A stretch of 63,103 nucleotides of DNA, filler included, from Octopus bimaculoides (lineage: Eukaryota): assembly GCF_001194135.2 (NCBI RefSeq). It is 4 parts of 4 records of this genome, joined end to end, with 100 filler letters (N's around TTAATTAATTAA, not from the genome) between each part and the next. Parts side by side here need not be neighbours in the genome. Positions count along the whole stretch, not along the records: positions 47,793 to 59,077 come from NC_068984.1; positions 59,178 to 63,103 come from NC_068986.1; 2 more parts are not named here. One strand, given 5' to 3'. Below the pieces are notes generated by a model, which searched no databases, was not told where the DNA came from, and was given only the letters and a program-made list of their open reading frames with translations. The position numbers were made by a program, and so were the translations under genes. Below are positions 54,021 through 63,103 of this stretch, piece by piece. Within the stretch, counting starts at the first letter, position 1; every line of letters starts with the position of its first letter.

Positions 54021-55033
54021 CATTTGCCATAAAGGTATAATACAGATGGAAGCTTGTGGGCTGGACATAGACACAAAGATAATGGAATGAAAAAAAGAGA
54101 GATGGTTGGTGGGGGAAGCAGACAACTCCCGCCGATTGCTACTTCCCGAAAACATAGTTTTTTTTTAAAAAAACACAAATGAGGTATTGAACCTCTTACA
54201 ACAGTTACAAATTGAGGCGCAATTATTCGAGTAGAGGGACGCCCTCAAAAAACACTTCTCACCGCTAAGTGAAACTTTAAACACAACTACAGGCAGACAA
54301 ATGCCCGGAACTCAGTAGAGATTTCTTGTTCGACAAAATAATTAAACACGAGCAACAAACCCCCACTGAATTCAAAAACAAATTTCTTACCTTGTAGTTG
54401 TGCTTCACTTGTTCAATAATTCACGACGTTGGTTGTACAGCGTCGTGACTCCTAACAGTGCAAAGAAAAACACTGACCAACGCATGCGCGGAAGCAAGGT
54501 CCTTACCACACAACTATGCTTGCGCCTTTACAGGAAAAAAAAATTAACAAAAATGTCGAATTTAATTTCACAAAATCTGGATGTGATAAAAAAAAATTCT
54601 ATACACAGATTTGAAATCCATGCACCAAAGTTACCCCGAAAATTCCATTTTGTTTCCTTGTTAAAAATACATTTGTGTTACAGAGACGTACTTGCATGGC
54701 AAGTGTATTGGTCTGAGATCTTGTTTTGGAACTAAAACGATCGCAGCATGGAAGACTCAAGTTAGCCATTTAAAAATACGCAAAGACCGCTAACTTCTCT
54801 TAGATATCTTGTTTGTAATATGGTGTCAAAGGTTTCGTCGCTGTAACCAGATCGCAGTTTCGAGCGACGAAATTTATGATAACTTATTACACAGAATAAA
54901 TGCTTTAGTTATGTAAACGGTCTTTGTGTGTTTCTGAATGGCTAAATCGTGTCTTCAACGCTGCTATGCAATTATGAGTTAGTGTATTTTATGGTTTTTA
55001 CAAATAAATTCATTTTCAAAACTCACTTTTCAG

Positions 55034-55098
55034 GTGTGTTTTGGATTCAGATAAATCGATGGCCATTTCAGTCACTACATTTATGTGTTCAGTTTTCG
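55034..55098 (+). CDS. SLCO: SLCO/OATP exon C (65 nt, TM11 start)
   Basis: ttttCAG...G|GTAAGT, phase 2 to 1, encoding (R)CVLDSDKSMAISVTTFMCSVF(G). It matches the OATP RxVxxxxKSxAxG segment and bridges exons B and D in frame. It is absent from the ORF track. Confidence 0.88.
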
Positions 55099-55727
55099 GT
55101 AAGTATTTTACATTCTTTGTTGCTATATTTATTTTTAGTTTATGTATAATTGTGTAGGTATGTATAACAACGCATCACCTTCATCGTTGTCGTCGTCTTC
55201 ACTATCGTCTTCTTCATCATAGCCTTAGTCACCACTTTTCCTCCGTTTGCATCGGTCAGATGGAATTCTTAAAGTCAGATTTTCTAAGGTCGGATGCCTT
55301 TCCTGACGTCAACAAACATCTCTTTCCAAACAAGGTAATATTTCTCCATGGCCGGGAGACTAGAAACGAAAGGCTCTGTTTGTATGACAGTGACGCTTGT
55401 TTATAACGACCCCGTCATATAAACACAATGAAACATATATACACACACATGTAACACGTACACACAAATATAAATACACAAACACACACACAGACACGTA
55501 TGAATGTCTGCGGGCATGTGTGTGCGTGTGGTTTAGTGGTCAGGATGTTGCACTCATGATCGTAAGATTGTGGTTTCGATTCCTGAACCGGGTGATGCGT
55601 TGTACTCCATCAGGTGAGAGATAAATATTGTTTAATGAACACAGTATATATTTTTATAAGTTACTAATAGTTTCATGCAATATGTCATTTTCATTGAATG
55701 AAACTGTTAGTAGATTGTAAACATAAT

Positions 55728-56020
55728 GGAGTGGCTGTGTGGTAAGTAGCTCTCTTACCAACCACATAGATTCGAGTTCAGTCCCACTGCATGGTACCTT
55801 GGGCAAGTGTCTTCTACTATAGCCTCGGGCCGACCAAAGCCTTGTGAGTAGATTTAGTAGACGGAAACTGAAAGAAGCCCGTCGTATATATGTATATACA
55901 TGTTTGTGTGTCTGTGTTTGTCTCCCAACATCGCTTCACAACCGATGTGTTTACGTCCCCGTAACTTGGCGGTTCGGCAAAAGAGACCGGTAGAATAAGT
56001 ACTAGGCTTACAAAGAATAA
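55728..56020 (+). mobile_element. SINE family A in SLCO intron
   Basis: GGAGTGGCTGTGTGGTAAG...GAGTTCAGTCCC head plus the family A body. Confidence 0.85.
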
Positions 56021-56681
56021 GCATTAAAGCCCTTTTCGGGGCTACTTTATTTGAATTCTTACTATCGGGTAACTAATTTCATGTTATTACATAACTGACC
56101 TCATAATTTAGGTTTTCATAACTTATTGGGAATTCCTAAAAACAAGATAGTTCGGTATTCTCTGTAAATGCACAAAAACTGTTTTAAGGACTACATACTT
56201 TGTATTGTTATTGGATTAGCAAAACAATTATGAGAACGAAACCAAGGGATAAGCCCCGCTTTCCCGGGAATTATCGGCTATGTCAGCTAGTGTATGTATG
56301 TATGTGTGTGTGTGTGTNNNNNNNNNNNNNNNNNNNNNNNNNNNNNNNNNNNNNNNNNNNNNNNNNNNNNNNNNNNNNNNNNNNNNNNNNNNNNNNNNNN
56401 NNNNNNNNNNNNNNNNNNNNNNNNNNNNNNNNNNNNNNNNNNNNNNNNNNNNNNNNNNNNNNNNNNNNNNNNNNNNNNNNNNNNNNNNNNNNNNNNNNNN
56501 NNNNNNNNNNNNNNNNNNNNNNNNNNNNNNNNNNNNNNNNNNNNNNNNNNNNNNNNNNNNNNNNNNNNNNNNNNNNNNNNNNNNNNNNNNNNNNNNNNNN
56601 NNNNNNNNNNNNNNNNNNNNNGTGTGTACTTATATACATACATACCCTATCTAATTCCATTTTTTCCGTTTTTCATTACAG

Positions 56682-56932
56682 GTTTTTTCCCGGGTCCGCC
56701 ATTGTTTGGTCTCATTGTTGACAATACCTGCACCATCTGGAATTATCTGCCATGTAATGGAGGAAGGGGTTACTGTAAAACTTATGACATCGATAAATTT
56801 AGGATTCGCTTCTTCTCTCTTTTGGGAACCATTGACTTACTTGGCTTCTTGTCCATCTTCTTAGCAGCAATAATTTCTCATTGTTCTAGAAAGAAAGCTA
56901 AGAAATCTAAAAATCTAGCTATCCAGAACTGA
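56682..56932 (+). CDS. SLCO: SLCO/OATP terminal exon D
   Basis: ttacAG acceptor, phase 1, encoding (G)FFPGPPLFGLIVDNTCTIWNYLPCNGGRGYCKTYDIDKFRIRFF...LAIQN*. It matches the OATP PGPxxFGxxIDxTCxxW...C...GxCxxYD motif plus TM12. Confidence 0.92.
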
Positions 56933-57159
56933 TATCGAATTACTTCACTTCAGTTCATCTGTAATCCGTAATGGAAAAAAAATCCCCTAAAATTCTTTAA
57001 TTAGAATTATTTATTATTAATTAACTAATATAGCATTAACATTCTAACATTCCGTGTAATTGCTTAGGTGAAGAAAAAAACGTGAACAACTCTGTAATAT
57101 GATCTGTTTATTGCCTAACGTAAACAATGTAACATCATTGAATCCGTTAACTAACAGGA

Positions 57160-57378
57160 TAATCCCTTCTATTATGGATACTCCTACGCCCACCTTCTGG
57201 AAGGGGGAGTAGTCGATTACATTGATCCCAGTATTTGACTGGTACTTATTTCATCGGCCCCGAAAAGATGAAAGGCAAAGTCGACCTCGGCAGCATATGA
57301 ACTCAGAACGTAAAACCTGAAGAAATGTTGCTAAACATTTCGTCCGGCGTGCAAAAGATCCTGATAGCTCGCCGCCTT
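57160..57378 (-). mobile_element. SINE family B downstream of the SLCO stop
   Basis: Core GGTACTTATTTCATCGGCCCCGAAAAGATGAAAGGCAAAGTCGACCTCGG and head GCTCGCCGCC. Confidence 0.75.
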
Positions 57379-58780
57379 ATTAACTAATACAATAAAGAAT
57401 ACCTTACAAGGGTGGCTAATTACCATACAGAAAGGCATTTAAAGAATCTCTACGAGCCTCAGTGGGTGCGTCTATATGATCATTTGACCAACTAGAAATA
57501 GCAAGCAAATCCCACTTTACTGTCTTAAAAATATGAAGGACACATTGGTTAACCTAATCTATCTTAGATATGTGTGGATACGATATGTCTGAATATGAAG
57601 AGATGTGAGGAATATAGCTGGAGATCATTTGATTACAGATACATTGCATTTTTAAAATTCCGTATACGCAGTTCAAGCAGTATTTAATTAAGATACCCAT
57701 GTCTATCATACTTAATGCATAAACTCGCTCGATAAGCTAGTTATTACAGTATTTGTCCTGAAATAACAACTCCTGAATGACCATGGGATTGCAGACTTTT
57801 AGAACCTTTTTTAAGGCGCGTACTCGCAGCCAGCCGCATGCACGGACGAAAATTAGTCATCTCTGATATAGGAAGTGAATAAAATAGTCACTAATGCTAC
57901 GAACAGCTTCCTAGCGGAATTTAAGTCCAGTATTATTAATTGAGGCAGTATTTAATTAAGATGGCCACTTATGCAACATATTTAATGTATATATATATAT
58001 GGTTAATAGGCCAGTCACTGCAGTATTTGCTTTGAAGGCCGAAATGCATCTGGTACTCTCGCAGGCTACTGCTGAAACAAATTTTCGTCTCGTTTTGATA
58101 TTTATTGTGCTTTTAACACAGCGAGTTCATAGGAGATATTATCTTAAAAGAAATATTGTAGCAACTAGCCGATTGACAGTATGTATCGAATATGCATGAT
58201 ACACTGATTGCTATATACAATAACTATTTATTTTTTCAAGTAGTTTACTTGGATATAGTGGCAGTCTATATTTTTTAGGATATACTGTTATAGATCGATA
58301 CACTTGACTATTCATAGTTATATGTTAGATATTCGTGACGAAAGCAGTGTTGATACTAAATAGAAATTTTTATATCCTGCTTTATGTGGATGTACTGTAA
58401 AAACGCGGTAATACTGCTATTTGCAACACCAGTGTCTGATTTGTCACTATTTTTCTATTTATCAATGGAAGCTGCGGTAGTAGTAGATATCTCCTACTGG
58501 TGAAGTACAAACGCTCAGATATCACGTGATCTAGCAGTTTTGACACCGATGCTGGACAACTTTTGTCAGCTACCGATATTTCTGTACTTTTAAGCACTAA
58601 ACGTCTGTACAATATGCTCTCCAAAATTTAATACTCAGTATTACAGCATTCTTACAATACATTCATATTAAGTTGGACATAAAGATTGCTATAATTATAT
58701 ATATTTCTAAAGACTTGAGACAGCATGTAGGGGAGAAAAGCAGCTTTATATTATATAAGTTATCCTTTAAGTTTCGATAT

Positions 58781-59077
58781 GTGGAGGCGCAATGGCCCAG
58801 TGGTTAGGGTAGCAGACTCGCGGTCATAGGATCGCGGTTTCGATTCCCAGAGCGGGCGTTGTGAGTGTTTATTGAGCGAAAACACCTAAAGTTCCACGAG
58901 GCTCCGGCAGGGGATGGTGGTGAACCCTGCTGTACTCTTTCACCACAACTTTCTCTCACCTTTTCTTCCTGATTCTGTTGTGCCTGTAATTCAGAGGGTC
59001 AGCCTTGTCATACTCTGTGTTACGCTGAATATCCCCGAGAACTACTTTTAGGGTACACGCGTGTGTGGAGTGCTCAG
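58781..59077 (+). mobile_element. tRNA-headed SINE family E
   Basis: GTGGAGGCGCAATGGCCCAGTGGTTAG...GGTTTCGATTCCC, homologous to the copy at 16797. Confidence 0.75.
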
Positions 59078-59177
59078 NNNNNNNNNNNNNNNNNNNNNNN
59101 NNNNNNNNNNNNNNNNNNNNNTTAATTAATTAANNNNNNNNNNNNNNNNNNNNNNNNNNNNNNNNNNNNNNNNNNNN
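59078..59177. other. Artificial scaffold-join spacer (44N-TTAATTAATTAA-44N)
   Basis: 12-mer at 59122-59133, 100 nt in total. Confidence 0.9.
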
Positions 59178-59186
59178 ATATATATG

Positions 59187-59248
<62 letters not shown>

Positions 59249-59286
59249 CATGTATATATATATGTGTGTGCGTGTCTGTATATATA

Positions 59287-59317
<31 letters not shown>

Positions 59318-60006
59318 GTATATATGAGTGTGTATACGATATTGCATATGTGAATATGGATGCATTTTATGTCAATAACCTTACGTAATAACATTTTATG
59401 CGCGTGCGTATATATATATATATATATGCATATGCGTATGATATGTGTGTGTGTGTGTTTGTATGCGTGTGTGTGTGTATGTGTGCGAAGTTACATGTCA
59501 ATGCCCATGTTCATACGTGTATATATGTATAAAGATTCGTTTCTATTTACATATGTGAATGTATATATGTGGGTATGTTTGTATATATGTAAAGGTGCGT
59601 GTCTATTTATATGTGCGTGTGTGTGTATTTGACGCATGCATGTATATATGTTTGTATTTACGTCTGTGCGTATGAGAATGCATGTGTGAGTACACATAAT
59701 TAGTAGAGATGATTAAAAAGAGATAATGATGAGATAAATCAACATTTGTCACTAATTAGTTGTAATTAACAGTTTATAGTTTGACTGTACCTCAGTTACC
59801 ACAATTACCACCACCACCGCCGTCGCCGCCGCCGCTGCCACCACCACCACTACCACCACCACTATCACCACCACCGCATCCCCGATCCCCGACCGCAACC
59901 TCCTATTCAACGCAGCCACGACGACAACGACCACCACCACCATCATCACCAACAACATTACAATCACTAACAAAAGCACCATCACCGTACTATGCTGCTG
60001 CCGCAG

Positions 60007-60047
<41 letters not shown>

Positions 60048-60057
60048 NNNNNNNNNN

Positions 60058-60101
<44 letters not shown>

Positions 60102-60110
60102 ATATTTCAG

Positions 60111-60143
60111 CAATTAAACTATTTGGCTTTGAACGAAGTGAAG
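60111..60143 (+). CDS. Candidate 33-nt micro-exon (unassigned)
   Basis: tttCAG...AAG|GTATGT bounds the only unique sequence between (TAC)n and (TCTA)n. Two frames are open (QLNYLALNEVK and IKLFGFERSE). Confidence 0.2.
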
Positions 60144-60152
60144 GTATGTGAG

Positions 60153-60207
<55 letters not shown>

Positions 60208-60215
60208 GTCTATCT

Positions 60216-61144
60216 GGCTCGAGAAACACGGGGCCGACCTGTCCGAGATGCCGGCAGAGCGACGAAACCGTTCTGCACGCACTCGTACAGTGTCCCACCA
60301 TTTCCGAGCTGTGGGCTTACGTCGAACAACTGCTATCGCGTGTGGGACGAGTCGGTCTATCAGCCGAGTCTATCGTGAATATTGTCGCGCCTCCTTCCTT
60401 NNNNNNNNNNNNNNNNNNNNNNNNNNNNNNNNNNNNNNNNNNNNNNNNNNNNNNNNNNNNNNNNNNNNNNNNNNNNNNNNNNNNNNNNNNNNNNNNNNNN
60501 NNNNNNNNNNNNNNNNNNNNNNNNNNNNNNNNNNNNNNNNNNNNNNNNNNNNNNNNNNNNNNNNNNNNNNNNNNNNNNNNNNNNNNNNNNNNNNNNNNNN
60601 NNNNNNNNNNNNNNNNNNNNNNNNNNNNNNNNNNNNNNNNNNNNNNNNNNNNNNNNNNNNNNNNNNNNNNNNNNNNNNNNNNNNNNNNNNNNNNNNNNNN
60701 NNNNNNNNNNNNNNNNNNNNNNNNNNNNNNNNNNNNNNNNNNNNNNNNNNNNNNNNNNNNNNNNNNNNNNNNNNNNNNNNNNNNNNNNNNNNNNNNNNNN
60801 NNNNNNNNNNNNNNNNNNNNNNNNNNNNNNNNNNNNNNNNNNNNNNNNNNNNNNNNNNNNNNNNNNNNNNNNNNNNNNNNNNNNNNNNNNNNNNNNNNNN
60901 NNNNNNNNNNNNNNNNNNNNNNNNNNNNNNNNNNNNNNNNNNNNNNNNNNNNNNNNNNNNNNNNNNNNNNNNNNNNNNNNNNNNNNNNNNNNNNNNNNNN
61001 NNNNNNNNNNNNNNNNNNNNNNNNNNNNNNNNNNNNNNNNNNNNNNNNNNNNNNNNNNTCCTTCCTACCCCCTCCCAAAAAGAAAAGCTCTACATTGTAT
61101 TTGTCCCATCTTCGTTGAGCCCTGTGTGGCTAATAAAAGAAATG

Positions 61145-61145
<1 letters not shown>
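60216..61145 (+). mobile_element. L1/Tx1-like LINE, 5'-truncated, inside a (TATC)n array
   Basis: CPRCRQSDETVLHALVQC is the CX2CX8HX4C C-terminal zinc knuckle, followed by ISELWAYVEQLL. The sequence is GC-rich, with a gap at 60401-61058. The 3' end GGCTAATAAAAGAAATG runs straight into (TATC)n, and (TATC)n is also on the 5' side. Confidence 0.75.
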
Positions 61146-61204
<59 letters not shown>

Positions 61205-61627
61205 GTCTGATGACTTATGAATGGTGATTCGACGATTTCACCTTACATCTGCGGTGTTTTTCTCAGTTCTGTTGGTTGCGGATCTCCCAGAACGTTCGTC
61301 ACTATTTACATTTATTCGGCCATCTTGGAAACATCTGAACCCCTCGTACACTTATGTTCGACTCATACATCCTTTCCATACACTTTCTGCAACTTTGCGT
61401 AGGCCTCTGAGCAGGTATTGCCACGACAACTTTCTCTGTCATGGTCAATGCGACGTCCACACGCTACACATCTTCCTTCCAAGCACTGCTGTAAACAGCG
61501 GAAATGAGCTAAAACTTAGTGCGCATGCACAGCAGTGTTCAAGGTCAATCTTTGTCAAGCGGCTTCACTTTCCGTGCTCCAGCTTCGTTACTATGGCAAC
61601 AGTATGGATACTTATTGATTAGACCTC

Positions 61628-61630
<3 letters not shown>
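61205..61630 (-). mobile_element. Mariner-family transposon, 5' TIR and N-terminal transposase relic
   Basis: TA-CGAGGTCTAATCAATAAGTATCC TIR next to (TA)n. The minus strand reads SEAYAKLQKVYGKD...VYEGFRCFQDGRINVNSDERSGR...NRRITI (mariner HTH region) with frameshifts and stops. Confidence 0.8.
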
Positions 61631-61680
<50 letters not shown>

Positions 61681-61839
61681 CACACACACACGCATACACA
61701 CATATATACACAAGTATACTTATGTACTGGGAGTTCCTGAATAATGTATAGACACTTTAACAACTGACAACTCAATTTCTTTCTTGATTTAACCCATTAG
61801 ATATAATTAAGGGACCCAGATTAAGCTTTGGACAAAGGA

Positions 61840-62950
61840 AATTCATCCTAAAGTGCTGCTGGGCATTCGAAAATAGTCGAAGTGCAAAAAACAGTTTAGT
61901 GGGCAGTTTTAAACGGACCTAGGCACGTGACTTACCATTAGTCGAATTAAAGATAAGTTTCAAAGATGGAACTGTTCAGAATGTACACAAGGAACTTTCC
62001 GGAAATTTGCAAGCATTGACAAAACTCACAAATCAAGATCGGGTCCTAGAAGCGCATTGCTAGAGTTCAAGAAACTCTGTACAGCAACCGAATCGTCGGA
62101 AGTTAGTAATTTCAAAATTAAGTGTCCAAAATTACATTCTAAGAAGAGTCCACGTTTTCAGTGGAGACAATCTGGTCGAAGAATGGGTCTTGCGAATCCT
62201 ACTTGGCAAGATTTGTTGAAGGTGCACACTTGCCAACGAAGACTGTTAGGCGGGATGAAGCTACATTTCAATTAAATGACTCAATTAACAACCTTATTTG
62301 CACCTACTGGGAGCCTGGAAATCCGCATATTACGGAGGAACATCGTGTTAATTTACCAGGAGTTACAGTATGGTGCGGTTTATCATCAAAAGGATTAATA
62401 GGGCTATTCTCTTTTGACGGTACTGTGACTGATCCTGTCCTATTTATTTGAACTTGCTGCGGCAATTTGTCACACCAGGCATTCAAGAGGATTTTGGAAA
62501 TGAACAGTTTTATTTATAGGAAGATGGGGCACTCCCACACAACCGTAATAATGTAAGGGCGCGCCCTGACGAGATTTTGCCAAGCAGGTGGATTGGACAA
62601 AGCGCTTCAGTTGAATACCCTCCACATTCACCGGACCATACATCACAGAGGTTTTTTTTAAAGAGGATACTTAAAAGATAAAGTTTACAGAACAAACCGG
62701 CAACAGTCAGGTAGCCATTGAACGAAAATGTGCACAAATGCCGTGTGTAATTTTTCTTGATGTTTGCGATTCCATTGCTTCAAATTATCAGCAGTGTTTG
62801 GGCCAGAACAGCCATGAGCTTGAAAACAGGCGCTCATAAAAAAAATAAATAAATTCAGTCTGTATTCCGTTAAAGTTTGAAAATGAAATGTATTTAATAA
62901 ACACTGACTTTATAATCATTCAATGTGAACATACATTTCTTGGGGATACA
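61840..62950 (+). mobile_element. DD41D (rosa-type) Tc1/mariner-superfamily transposase pseudogene
   Basis: Plus-strand pieces: [27 protein letters not shown]...[25 protein letters not shown]...LPSRWIG...EYPPHSPD and GYLKDKVY. There are 41 residues between the DG aspartate and the degenerate third catalytic position. Many stops and frameshifts. Confidence 0.75.
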
Positions 62951-63022
<72 letters not shown>

Positions 63023-63042
63023 CGATAGATAGATAGATAGAT

Positions 63043-63103
63043 ACATTTCTTTTATTAGCCACACAAGGCTCAACGAAGATGGGACAAATACAATGTAGAG
63101 CTT
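63043..63103 (-). mobile_element. Second copy of the Tx1-like LINE 3' end (continues beyond the window)
   Basis: The reverse complement matches 61085-61145 at 60/61 nt and is again joined directly to (TATC)n on its own strand. Confidence 0.9.

Noticed and set aside
62161-62451. ORF track labels this ORF as minus strand
   Set aside because: The listed peptide (ETIWSKNG...) reads directly from the plus strand at 62161, so I treated it as plus-strand transposase and disregarded the label.

Overview
Repeat-saturated, AT-rich eukaryotic genomic DNA. The microsatellite load and tRNA-derived SINE families point to an octopus genome (inference, not verifiable here). Three 100-nt spacers (44 N + TTAATTAATTAA + 44 N) look like artificial scaffold joins and divide the window into four segments. 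Two host genes are recognisable, both only as 3' halves. On the minus strand are the last two coding exons of ITFG1/LINKIN (16172-16231, 18408-18525). On the plus strand are the last four coding exons of a divergent SLCO/OATP transporter (48033-56932), which splice in frame. Neither gene is shown as such in the ORF track. The rest is SINEs, Penelope-like relics (one with a minimal hammerhead ribozyme), RTE, R4/Dong-like and L1/Tx1-like LINE fragments, three Tc1/mariner-superfamily relics, a MITE-derived 770-bp palindrome and microsatellites. The most interesting signals are: (1) a Tx1-like LINE whose two copies both end directly in (TATC)n arrays, suggesting microsatellite targeting; (2) a SINE with a 19-bp TSD whose 3' tail resembles that LINE's 3' end; (3) the hammerhead ribozyme; (4) the long near-perfect hairpin. 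No CRISPR arrays, rRNA or genuine tRNA genes were seen. Coordinates of degenerate repeats are approximate. All family assignments come from recalled motifs, not database searches.
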